The notes: a model not told the origin generated them from the sequence alone. A stretch of 32,000 bases of DNA from Delftia acidovorans NBRC 14950 (GCF_001598795.1 NZ_BCZP01000024.1:30001-62000); one strand, 5' to 3'; positions 10,228 to 18,626 are shown, numbered from the stretch's first letter. Numbers and translations: made by a program.

Positions 10228-11118
10228 ATGCCTGCACCTCTTCCCGATGTTTCCCTGACCGATCCCGCTCCCAGCCTCAGCCCGCTGCAATGGGTGGGCA
10301 TGCAGGGCATAGACCTGCCCGTGACCGTGGCCGAGCCCGGCTACTGGCGCGAGCTGCATGCGCGTGCCGATGTGCAGGTCGATCTTCCTGCGGCCCATGT
10401 CAAGGGCATACACATGTCCCGGCTGTACCGGCAACTGGACAGCCTGGCCGAGGAGTCCGCGCTGTCTGCCCTGGCGCTGCGCCACGCGCTGCAGGCCATG
10501 ATCGACAGCCACCTCGACTGCCAAAGCCGCAGCGCCCGGCTGCGCCTGTCGCTGGACCTGCTGACCCAGCGGCCGGCCCTGGTCACCCACGATCTGTCGG
10601 GCTGGAAGTCCTATCCCGTGCGCCTGGACGCCACGCTGGCGCAGGGCGTGTTCCAGCTGCGGCTGCAGGTGAGCGTGGGCTATTCCTCGACCTGCCCCTG
10701 CTCGGCGGCACTGTCGCGCCAGTTGCTGGAGCAGGGCTTTTTGCAGGCCTTTGCGGGCGAGCCGCTGGTGGAGCCGGACCAGGTGGCTTCCTGGCTGCGC
10801 CGGCATGGCACTCTGGCCACGGCACACAGCCAGCGCAGCGAGGCCCAGGTCAGCGTGGACCTGGCCTGTGATGCGCCCGACCTGGGCATCCTGCCCCTGA
10901 TCGCCCGCGTGGAGCAGGCGCTGGGCACGCCCGTGCAGACCGCGGTCAAGCGCGCCGACGAGCAGGCCTTTGCCGCGCTCAACGGCCGCAACCTGATGTT
11001 TGTCGAGGATGCGGCGCGCCGCATACAGGCCGCGCTGGAAGGCAGCTACGCCCGGCCGCGCGTGCATGTGCGCCACATGGAGAGCCTGCATCCGCACGAC
11101 GCCGTGGCCTGGGCATGA
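10228..11118 (+). CDS. folE2: GTP cyclohydrolase I type 2 (GCYH-IB, FolE2)
   Basis: 296 aa with [10 protein letters not shown] and ...[12 protein letters not shown]... motifs typical of FolE2. GGAG lies 7 nt before ATG 10228. Confidence 0.88.
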   Translation: MPAPLPDVSLTDPAPSLSPLQWVGMQGIDLPVTVAEPGYWRELHARADVQVDLPAAHVKGIHMSRLYRQLDSLAEESALSALALRHALQAMIDSHLDCQSRSARLRLSLDLLTQRPALVTHDLSGWKSYPVRLDATLAQGVFQLRLQVSVGYSSTCPCSAALSRQLLEQGFLQAFAGEPLVEPDQVASWLRRHGTLATAHSQRSEAQVSVDLACDAPDLGILPLIARVEQALGTPVQTAVKRADEQAFAALNGRNLMFVEDAARRIQAALEGSYARPRVHVRHMESLHPHDAVAWA

Positions 11119-11163
11119 CCGGCGAGCCGGCACCCGTTTCTCTACAACCCAAGGAGTTTTCCC

Positions 11164-11313
11164 ATGCAAGTTCTCTCGTCCCTCAAGGAAGCCAAGCTGC
11201 GCCATCGAGACTGCCAGGTGGTGTGCCGTCGCGGCCGCATCTACGTCATCTGCAAGAGCAACCCGCGCTTCAAGGCCCGCCAGGGCGGCGCAAAGAACAG
11301 GCGCAAGGGATGA
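11164..11313 (+). CDS. ykgO: Type B (YkgO-like) 50S ribosomal protein L36 paralog
   Basis: Not in the ORF track (49 aa). Hand translation gives [49 protein letters not shown], compared with E. coli Ykg[47 protein letters not shown] lies 8 nt upstream. The stop overlaps the next ATG (ATGA). Confidence 0.88.
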   Translation: MQVLSSLKEAKLRHRDCQVVCRRGRIYVICKSNPRFKARQGGAKNRRKG

Positions 11314-11870
11314 TCCGCAAGAACCCGCGCGGCGACCTGCCGCGCATCCATGCCAGCGCCTTCGTGGACCCCACGGCCATCCTGTGCGGACTGGTGGTCG
11401 TGGAAGAGAACGTCTTCATCGGCCCCTATGCGGTGATCCGTGCCGACGAGATGGATGCGGACGGCCACATCGACCCCATCGTGATCGGTGCCCACTCCAA
11501 CATCCAGGACGGGGTGGTGATCCACTCCAAGTCCGGCGCGCGCGTCAGCGTGGGGCAGCACACCTCGATCGCCCATCGCGCCATCGTCCACGGGCCCTGC
11601 ACCGTGGGCAATGGCGTGTTCATCGGCTTCAACAGCGTGCTGTTCAACTGCGTGGTCGATGACGGCTGCGTGGTGCGCTACAACGCCGTGGTCGATGGAT
11701 GCCACCTGCCGCCAGGCTTTTATGTGCCGTCCACTGCGCGCATAGGCCCGGAGACCGACCTGTCCACGCTGGCCCAGGTGCCCGCCGACGCCAGCGATTT
11801 CTCCGAGGACGTGGTCCGCACCAACAACGAATTGGTGCGCGGCTACAAGGCCATCCACAATGAGTTCTAG
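11310..11870 (+). CDS. Gamma-class carbonic anhydrase-like, left-handed beta-helix protein
   Basis: 186 aa with hexapeptide repeats and a His pattern ([10 protein letters not shown] ... IAHRAIVHG) resembling the Cam metal ligands. ATG 11310 overlaps the ykgO stop. The track ORF from 11115 is an unsupported 5' extension. Confidence 0.8.
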   Translation: MIRKNPRGDLPRIHASAFVDPTAILCGLVVVEENVFIGPYAVIRADEMDADGHIDPIVIGAHSNIQDGVVIHSKSGARVSVGQHTSIAHRAIVHGPCTVGNGVFIGFNSVLFNCVVDDGCVVRYNAVVDGCHLPPGFYVPSTARIGPETDLSTLAQVPADASDFSEDVVRTNNELVRGYKAIHNEF

Positions 11871-12067
11871 AACAAAGCACCCCCTGAGCGGCTACGCCGC
11901 TTCCCCCTATCTCGCTGCGCGGGAGGGGGACGACACCCTCGGTGCGGGGCGGCGCGGCCGGCATAGGCCCTTCCTCGGTGTCCCTGAGCTGGGGTGCGCC
12001 AGTCTCGTGGACCGTGGACGGTTGGTAGCGCGCATTGGCGTGAATCACTGAGACAAGAAAGGGCTGC

Positions 12068-12517
12068 ATGTCCGATTCCGCTGACCTCAAGAACCTGGGG
12101 CTGAAGGCCACGCTGGCGCGACTGTGGGTACTGGACATCTTTCGCCACGGGGACCAGCGGCATTTGGCGGCGGAGGAGGTCTACCGCCAGCTGCATGACC
12201 AGGGCCGGGGCACCAGCCTGGCCACGGTCTACCGCGTGCTGGCGCAGCTGGAGCAGGCCGGCATGCTGCGCCAGCAGCGCTTTGCGGCGGGCAAGGCGGT
12301 CTATGAACTCGACGACGGCGAGCACCATGACCACCTGATCTGCACGCGCTGCGGCCTGGTGCAGGAGTTCCACGATGCCGTGATCGAGCAGCGCCAGAAG
12401 CTGCTGGCGCGCTCGCATGGCTTTGCCATCGTGGAGCACTCCCACATCCTCTACGGGCGCTGCATCAAGCCCGACTGCGAACGGCTGGCGGGCCGGCAGG
12501 AGGCTAGCTCTCCTTGA
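12068..12517 (+). CDS. fur: Ferric uptake regulator Fur
   Basis: Contains LKNLGLKATLARLWVLDIF..., HHDHLICTRCG and YGRCIKPDC. This closely parallels E. coli Fur (HHDHLICLDCG ... YGHCAEGDC). Confidence 0.85.
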   Translation: MSDSADLKNLGLKATLARLWVLDIFRHGDQRHLAAEEVYRQLHDQGRGTSLATVYRVLAQLEQAGMLRQQRFAAGKAVYELDDGEHHDHLICTRCGLVQEFHDAVIEQRQKLLARSHGFAIVEHSHILYGRCIKPDCERLAGRQEASSP

Positions 12518-13289
12518 GGCTGCGCTGCGCACGCTCGCAGATGCGGCGCGTGGCGGGCACGGGCGATTCCTCGAGCCATTGCGCGCACAGGGCGCGCACC
12601 CAGTCGGGCCGGCTCTTGGCCGCGTCGTTGAGCCAGTTGGCCACCGAGTCCTGCACATAGGGCGAGGCATCGGCGCGCAGCCGCTGCAAAAGGGGCAGGG
12701 CGATCTCCGGCTGCTGCTTGAGCGCCGCGATATGGCTGCACCAGACGCCGCGCGGCCGCAGGGCCTCGCTGGCGAAGCGGCGCAGGCGGTCGGAGGGCCG
12801 CCTTGTCCACCGAGACAACTCGGCCACGGCCTGCGGCAGATCGCTGGCCAGATGCGGGCGCACGCCCATCCACGACCATTCGCGCACGCCGAAATGCGGG
12901 TCATCGGCCAGCGGCTGCACCAGCTCCAGGCGCTGGCTCAGGGTCAGGCCCGGCTGCGCGCCGGCCATGAAGCAGGCCCAGCCGCGCACCGTGTCAGAGC
13001 GGTGCGTGAGGCAGCGCTGCCAGCCGGCCTGGCCCAGTGTCTGCCACAGCAGGCCGCCAATGCACTCCATGCGCTTGAGAATGCCAAGCTGGCCCAGCGC
13101 CTGCGCCGTGTCCTCCAGTTGCGGCCACGCGTCAGGAAAGACGGCCTGCAGCAGCCGGGCCTGGTCCACGGCCAGGCTTTCGGTCAGCGTGGCGGTCTCG
13201 ATCTCGCCCAGGGACAGGGCCTGCAGCAGTTCGGGAGTGATATCGACTGTGCGGTTGGCGCCCTTGCGGCGGGGGGCGGGCGCCGTCAT
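12504..13289 (-). CDS. DNA alkylation repair protein-like HEAT-repeat protein (AlkD/COG4335 family)
   Basis: Contains ...LRRFASEALRPRGVWCSHI...ADASPYVQDSVANWLNDAAKSRPDWV..., typical of the family. ATG 13289 overlaps the marR stop (ATGA). The 3' end overlaps fur by 14 bp in convergent orientation. Confidence 0.75.
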   Translation of the reverse strand: MTAPAPRRKGANRTVDITPELLQALSLGEIETATLTESLAVDQARLLQAVFPDAWPQLEDTAQALGQLGILKRMECIGGLLWQTLGQAGWQRCLTHRSDTVRGWACFMAGAQPGLTLSQRLELVQPLADDPHFGVREWSWMGVRPHLASDLPQAVAELSRWTRRPSDRLRRFASEALRPRGVWCSHIAALKQQPEIALPLLQRLRADASPYVQDSVANWLNDAAKSRPDWVRALCAQWLEESPVPATRRICERAQRSLKES

Positions 13290-13777
13290 GCGCTGGCCTC
13301 CACGCCTGCGGCGGCCTTGGCCAGCAGCTTTCCCAACTGGCCGCGTTCGGCGGGCGACAGGTTGGAAAACAGGCCGGCGATCCATTGGCTGTGCCGGGCA
13401 AACAGCTTGCGCGCCAGCTGGCGGCCCTTGGCGGTGAGCTGCACGCGCAGCGCTCGGCGGTCGGCCGGGTCGGGCAGGCGCTCGGCCAGGGCCTCGCGTT
13501 CCAGGCCGTCCAGCAGGCCGGTCACGGTGGCGCGGGTGATGCCGGCCTGCTCTGCCAGGTGGTTGGGCGCCAGCCCTTCGCTGGCGGATTCCAGCAGGAA
13601 CAACAGCACGAAGCGCCCTTCGGACAGGCCATGGGGCGCCAGCAGCGCGGCGCAGTCACGGTCGATGCGCGCAGCCAGGGACAGGGTCTGGAAGCACAGC
13701 CGCATGCTGTCCACGTCGTCCAGCTTGCGGCGCTCGGCCTCGGCCAGCAGGGCCTGGTATTTCTGTTCGAGTTGCAT
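13286..13777 (-). CDS. MarR-family transcriptional regulator
   Basis: 163 aa starting at ATG 13777. It has a winged HTH (LAEQAGITRATVTGLLDGLEREALAERLPDPADRRALRVQLTAKG). Confidence 0.85.
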   Translation of the reverse strand: MQLEQKYQALLAEAERRKLDDVDSMRLCFQTLSLAARIDRDCAALLAPHGLSEGRFVLLFLLESASEGLAPNHLAEQAGITRATVTGLLDGLEREALAERLPDPADRRALRVQLTAKGRQLARKLFARHSQWIAGLFSNLSPAERGQLGKLLAKAAAGVEASA

Positions 13778-13800
13778 GTGGCAAGCATACAGTATGGTGG

Positions 13801-15333
13801 CTAACCATGTGGCTGCGCCTCCAGGCAAGCAGTGGCCTGTGCGCGATGGCTGCGCTTGCGGCGCAGCCTGCGCACGCCTATGAGCACGCCCGTGGCGCTC
13901 ATCAGCAGGCCGCCCAGGCTGAAGGCCAGCAGCAGCCCATCCCACAGCGGCCGGCGCTGCAGCAGCGGCAGCCAGTCCCAGCTGTGCAGCATGGCGAACA
14001 GCCAGCGCTTGAGGCGCTGCGTGCCGTCCAGCCGGCCCAGCACCTGGCCCGTGTGCGGGTCGATGTGCACCCAGCTGGCCGCGGCATCGCCAAAGACCAC
14101 GCGCAGCACGGGCAGGGGCTTGTCATGGCCGCCCATCATGGTGTGCTCGGCGCGCTCGTACCAGTACAGGTCGTGCGCGGTCAGCCATTCGCTGCGCAGC
14201 ACGGGTGCGTCGATCAGCACGGCCGCGCGGTCCAGCAGGGCCTCGCGCGAATGGGCTGCGGGCGCTGCGCTGGCGCTGTCCAGCACCAGGGGCGTGCCGG
14301 CTGCGGGCTGGGCCAGCACCTCGGTGCGGCCTGCGGTGCGCAGCCAGCGCAGTTCGCGCACGGGTCCGCCCGCTGCGGCAATCAGCGACTGCGGCGTGGC
14401 GTCGCCCCCTGTCAGGCGCAGCGGGCCCTGCTGCCACCGGGCCATGTGCAGTGGCGGCGTGCCTGTGTCGAACAGACGCCAGGGGTTCATGGACATCAGG
14501 CCGCTGAAGATCCAGGCCAGCGTGGTCAGCGCGAACAGCAGGCCCGCCACATGGTGCCAGCGCATGGCGCGGCCCGGGTAGGGCGTGCGCCGGCCGCTGC
14601 GGTAGGGCTGCCTGAACCGCCAGCGCATCACCCCGACCACGGTGCCGGTGATGGCCACGGCAATGCCGAACAGCGACAGCACGTTGACGATGTCGGCCCA
14701 GGCGCCGTCAAAGGCATTGCCCCGGAACATGTACAGCCAGTGCAGCCAGGCGCCCAGGTAGTTCCAGCCGCGCTCGGTGCGCGTGGCATCGCGCACCACC
14801 TCGGCCGTGCGGCCGGAGATGTAGAGCAGCGTGCCCTGGGCATCGTCCATCTGCACGCGGTGCAGGGGGCGGTGGATGTCCAGCGCGCGCGAGTGGCTGA
14901 AGGCATCCTCATCCACCGTGCCCAGGTAGTGCAGGCCCGTGCCGTCCTCCGCGAAGGCGCGGGCACTGGCCAGGGCCTGCGCCTCACTGGTGGCGGGCAG
15001 CACCTGGCCGCTGGCCGCATCAATGGCCACGGGCTGGCGCCGCCCCTCGGGCGTGGCCAGGTAGCTGGCACGGCCGGCGCTGCCGGCATGCAGGCGCAGA
15101 TCCTTGAGCGGGCCGTCGATGCCGGCCGCATGCAGCGCCTCGGCGGGCGCGAGCAGGGCGGCGTTGCCATCGAGCGGGGGCAGGTGGCGCAGCCGTTCGG
15201 CTTCGGTGAGCTTGGGGTAGCCCACGTACATCATCACCATGCCCGAGACAAACCACAGCGCAAAGAACAGGCACACGGCAATGCCCAGCCAGCGGTGCAG
15301 CAGGAACAGCCAGCGTTTGAGGTGAAGGCGCAT
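13801..15333 (-). CDS. PepSY-associated TM-helix protein (PiuB/FoxB-like)
   Basis: 510 aa. The N-terminus LHRWLGIAVCLFFALWFVSG and repeated TM/His-containing segments are typical. It starts 15 nt after the TBDT stop, with GAGAGGG as a Shine-Dalgarno. Confidence 0.85.
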   Translation of the reverse strand: MRLHLKRWLFLLHRWLGIAVCLFFALWFVSGMVMMYVGYPKLTEAERLRHLPPLDGNAALLAPAEALHAAGIDGPLKDLRLHAGSAGRASYLATPEGRRQPVAIDAASGQVLPATSEAQALASARAFAEDGTGLHYLGTVDEDAFSHSRALDIHRPLHRVQMDDAQGTLLYISGRTAEVVRDATRTERGWNYLGAWLHWLYMFRGNAFDGAWADIVNVLSLFGIAVAITGTVVGVMRWRFRQPYRSGRRTPYPGRAMRWHHVAGLLFALTTLAWIFSGLMSMNPWRLFDTGTPPLHMARWQQGPLRLTGGDATPQSLIAAAGGPVRELRWLRTAGRTEVLAQPAAGTPLVLDSASAAPAAHSREALLDRAAVLIDAPVLRSEWLTAHDLYWYERAEHTMMGGHDKPLPVLRVVFGDAAASWVHIDPHTGQVLGRLDGTQRLKRWLFAMLHSWDWLPLLQRRPLWDGLLLAFSLGGLLMSATGVLIGVRRLRRKRSHRAQATACLEAQPHG

Positions 15334-15347
15334 GGCGCGGCCCTCTC

Positions 15348-17579
15348 TCAGAACGCCACGCGCAGCGTGATATCGGCCGTGCGCGGCGCCCCCAGGTAGG
15401 CCATGGTGCTGGTCAGGCTGGCGGCGTAGACGCGGTCCGTGGCATTGCGCAGCCGTGCAACCACGGTCATGCGCGGGTCGATGCGGTAGCTCAGGCCCAG
15501 GTCCAGCAGCGTGTAGGCAGGCCAGGACAGGGTGTTGGCCGCATCGGCATAGATGCCTCCCACGCGGCGCAGCCCGGCGTTGACCTCCAGGGCCGGCGTG
15601 ATGCGGTAGCTGGTCCAGAGGTTGAGCACGCTGGCGGGCGTATTCGTGGGCCGCTTGCCCGCCAGGGACACGCCGCCTTGCTGGTAGTTGTCATAGCGCG
15701 CGTCCACATGGCTCCAGTTGCCCTGGACCGACCAGCGCGGCGTGGGCGCCAGGCCCATGGACAGCTCCACCCCGCGCGAGGACTGCTGGCCCACCAGCAC
15801 AGTGCGCGTGCTGTCCTGCGGGTCCTGGGTGGAGATGTTGCGGCGCGTGATGTGATAGACCGCCAGCGCCGCCGTTCCCTTGCCCTGCCAGAACGACAGC
15901 TTGCTGCCGGCCTCCACCTGGCGGCCCGTGGTCAGCCCGGTGTTGTTGATGGCGTCGGCAAATGAGGCGCCCATCAGCATGCCCGACGGCGGATCGGCCG
16001 CCGTGGAGAACTGGGCGTAGAGATTGGCCTCGGGCGTGGCATCCCAGACCAGGCCCACGCGCCCGGTCGTCGGGCTATAGCTGCGGCTGTAGCTGGCGGG
16101 CAGCGCGGGCGTTACATCGCGCCGGTTGGTCAGGTCCACGTCGATGCGTTCATGGCGCAGGGCGGTCAGTAGGTGCAGGGCCGGGGTGAGGGCCGTGCGG
16201 TTTTCCAGGTACAGGGCGGTGGTGGTGACCTTGTTGTCGCGGTCGGGCCTGAAGCCGGGTGCCATGCCGGGAATGTCGTAGAAGTTCTCTGTCGTGAAAT
16301 CGTAGGGATTGACCGTGCTCACCGTGCCAGACAGGCTGTTCGGAAAGCGTGTCTGCCGGTTCACGCTCACATCCAGCCCAAAGGCCCATTCGCTGCGCCG
16401 GCCGGCCAGCTCGCCCAGGTAGCTGCCTTCGATGCGATCGCCCACCATGCGCTGGTCATGGCGCTGCAGCAGCGCAGCCGAGCGCACCACCGCGCTGTTG
16501 TCGGGCGTGAAGCGGTAGGTCTCCACGTTGCGGTAGTCGCGCAGCGCGTCATAGGCGTAGAAGGTGTTGCTCAGCTTGAGCCGGTCGCTGGCCCGCCATT
16601 CGGTGATGGAGCGCAGCCACTGCACGCGCTGGGCATACAGGCCGTCGGCGCTGTTGTAGTTCTTGCCGAGGGTGGCCTCGTCAATGCGCGCCTGGCCGCG
16701 CAGCGGGTTGAGCAGCGGCGTGCCCCAGTAGGGGCGGTCCACGCGCTCATGCTGGGCTTCGTAGGCCAGGGTGTGCGTCAGGCCGCCACCCAGGTCGGAC
16801 AGCAGCGAGGCCGCCAGCTGCGTGGAGCGCGACTGCGTGCCGCCCACCCAGCTGCCGGCATCGCGGTGGTTGAGGTCCAGGCGCAGGTAATGGGTCGTGC
16901 CCTGGCTGTCGGTGGCATCGCCCAGGCGGCGGTTCAGCCCGACGGAGGCTTCTTTCAGCCCATAGCTGCCCAGGCGCAGCTGGCCTTCGGTGAAGCTGTC
17001 GCGCTGGGCCAGCTTGGTGATGTAGTTCAGCGTGCCGCCCACGCCGCCTGCGCCGTAGAGAAAGCCGGAAGCGCCGCCAATGGCCTCCACCCGGTCGTAG
17101 ATCCAGCTGTCCACGGGCCGGGCCGCAATGGAGTACTGCAGATTGATGCCGTTGAACAGCTGGCTGACCGACCCCGTGCCGAAGCCCCGGTAGCTGATGC
17201 CGATGTTGCCGGGCGGGCTGTAGGCCGTGACGCCCGGAATGGAGCGCAGGATCTCCTGCGTGTCCTGGGCGCCGCGCGCCTCGATGGCGGCGCGGTCCAC
17301 GATGTGCACCGAGGCCGGTGTTTCCCGCGCCGTCAGGCCCAGGCGGCTGGCCGTGCCCACGGTCTTGTTCAGCGGCAGCAGTCCGTTGGCGTCGGCCGTG
17401 GCCTGGTCGGAGACTTCGACGGCGGGCAGTGCCGCCTCGGCCAGGGTCTGCGCGTGCGCAGCAGGTGCCCATGCGGCGCCCAGCGCGCAGCACAGCGCCG
17501 TGGCCAGGGGATGGAGACGAAAGGCGTGCGTGGATGCGCGCACCGGCGCCGCCATCGCGGGGAAAGGGGAAGAATTCAC
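15348..17579 (-). CDS. TonB-dependent outer-membrane transporter, without an N-terminal signalling domain
   Basis: Has a signal peptide ...AAWAPAAHA/QT, a plug (ETPASVHIVDRAAIEARGAQDTQEILRSIPGV) and a C-terminal ...ITLRVAF. Start set at GTG 17579 because GGAG lies 7 nt upstream. Alternatives are ATG 17555 and GTG 17615. Confidence 0.9.
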   Translation of the reverse strand: MNSSPFPAMAAPVRASTHAFRLHPLATALCCALGAAWAPAAHAQTLAEAALPAVEVSDQATADANGLLPLNKTVGTASRLGLTARETPASVHIVDRAAIEARGAQDTQEILRSIPGVTAYSPPGNIGISYRGFGTGSVSQLFNGINLQYSIAARPVDSWIYDRVEAIGGASGFLYGAGGVGGTLNYITKLAQRDSFTEGQLRLGSYGLKEASVGLNRRLGDATDSQGTTHYLRLDLNHRDAGSWVGGTQSRSTQLAASLLSDLGGGLTHTLAYEAQHERVDRPYWGTPLLNPLRGQARIDEATLGKNYNSADGLYAQRVQWLRSITEWRASDRLKLSNTFYAYDALRDYRNVETYRFTPDNSAVVRSAALLQRHDQRMVGDRIEGSYLGELAGRRSEWAFGLDVSVNRQTRFPNSLSGTVSTVNPYDFTTENFYDIPGMAPGFRPDRDNKVTTTALYLENRTALTPALHLLTALRHERIDVDLTNRRDVTPALPASYSRSYSPTTGRVGLVWDATPEANLYAQFSTAADPPSGMLMGASFADAINNTGLTTGRQVEAGSKLSFWQGKGTAALAVYHITRRNISTQDPQDSTRTVLVGQQSSRGVELSMGLAPTPRWSVQGNWSHVDARYDNYQQGGVSLAGKRPTNTPASVLNLWTSYRITPALEVNAGLRRVGGIYADAANTLSWPAYTLLDLGLSYRIDPRMTVVARLRNATDRVYAASLTSTMAYLGAPRTADITLRVAF

Positions 17580-17653
17580 GAACTGACTCCGGGTCTTGCA
17601 CCGCGCATGCGGCACAGGCGGGCCGGGCGCGCATCAGCAGGCCCGGCGGCGAT

Positions 17654-18025
17654 TCAAGAGAACACGGCAGTCAGCGGGGGAGGGCCGCGCGCCGGCAGCG
17701 GCGCACGTGTGACGGAGGCAATGTGCGCCGCCACCAGCGGCAGCAGCGCGTGGGCCAGCGGTTGCTGGTGGGGCACGGCCATCTGCGGCAGCGCCGGCGG
17801 CGGTGCGCCAGCGGGCAGGCACATGGGGCAGTCAAGCTGGTGGTGGCCCATGCCCGGGGCTGCGCTTTCGCCCAGCGCCACCAGCTTGACGTCGCCGCTG
17901 GCCGTGCAGACCAGCTCGAATCCCTGGGGATGGACCAGGGGTGAGGCCACGGCAACGCCCAGCGTCACGGCAAACCAGGCCAATATCAGCCGGGTGAGCC
18001 AGAACGAGGAGCGAAGCGCTTGCAT
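17654..18025 (-). CDS. DUF2946-like small protein with a signal-anchor and a CxxC motif
   Basis: 123 aa. The N-terminal TM is LTRLILAWFAVTLGVAVA, followed by ...GMGHHQLDCPMCLPAG.... Its position immediately upstream of the TBDT + PepSY genes is the hallmark context of DUF2946. Confidence 0.72.
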   Translation of the reverse strand: MQALRSSFWLTRLILAWFAVTLGVAVASPLVHPQGFELVCTASGDVKLVALGESAAPGMGHHQLDCPMCLPAGAPPPALPQMAVPHQQPLAHALLPLVAAHIASVTRAPLPARGPPPLTAVFS

Positions 18026-18034
18026 GGGGCGTGA

Positions 18035-18547
18035 TTATGGCTTGGGGGCTGGCGTCGGTGTGAACAGACTGCCGCCCAGCTTGACGCCAGCCTTCAGGCC
18101 GCGCTTGGCGAACCAGCCCTGGTTCATCTCCAGCACATAGCGCACGGGCTTGGCCGAGCAGTGCGAGTCCTCGGTCATGGGCTTCATGTCGGCCAGGTTC
18201 ACGATGGTGCCGTCATCGGCCACGAAGGCGGCGGTCAGCGGCAGCAGGGTGTTGCGCATCCAGAAGCACTGCACGGCGGGCACCTCGAAGACGAAGATCA
18301 TGCCCTCCTGCGCGGGCATGTCCTGGCGGAACATCAGGCCGATGGCGCGCTCGCGGTCCGAGGCGGCCACCTGGGCATCGATGCGGTGGAACCCGGCCGT
18401 CAACTCCACGCGGCGCAGATTCATCTGGGGGCTGCCCTGGGGCTGTGCGCCTGCCGATACGGCGGCGCCGGCCAGGCAGGCGGCCATGAGCAACCGCTGC
18501 AGCGCGCGGCGGGAAAGGGATGTGAGGGGTGTCGAAGGCTTCGTCAT
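18035..18547 (-). CDS. DUF192 domain-containing secreted protein
   Basis: Has a signal peptide (LLMAACLAGAAVSAGA) followed by ...ERAIGLMFRQDMPAQEGMIFVF...FWMRNTLLPLTAAFV...YVLEMNQGWF, typical of DUF192/COG1430. ATG is 18547, or 18556. Confidence 0.8.
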   Translation of the reverse strand: MTKPSTPLTSLSRRALQRLLMAACLAGAAVSAGAQPQGSPQMNLRRVELTAGFHRIDAQVAASDRERAIGLMFRQDMPAQEGMIFVFEVPAVQCFWMRNTLLPLTAAFVADDGTIVNLADMKPMTEDSHCSAKPVRYVLEMNQGWFAKRGLKAGVKLGGSLFTPTPAPKP

Positions 18548-18626
18548 CTTGCACATTCTGTCGCAGGGGGCGCGTGGCCGGACGCAAAAATCGGCCTGGC
18601 CGGGCCATCATGGCCGGGCGGGCGGC

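Noticed and set aside
9601-11205. 534-aa minus-strand ORF across zigA and folE2
   Set aside because: It is antisense to two genes with clear motifs and has no domains of its own.
11887-11930. Two hairpins after the gamma-CA-like gene, considered as an operon terminator
   Set aside because: The stems are short (6 bp) and neither is followed by a U-run. They are left uncalled and mentioned only in the fur read-through finding.
13807-18140. Long plus-strand ORFs 13807-15399 and 16173-18140
   Set aside because: They are antisense to the PepSY, TonB-dependent transporter and DUF2946 genes. Both are shadow ORFs.
18603-18615. GGCCAT-C-ATGGCC palindrome upstream of the DUF192 gene, considered as a metal-regulator operator
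   Set aside because: It is short and GC-rich, so likely to arise by chance in this genome. It does not resemble CueR, CopR, Fur or Zur consensus sites.
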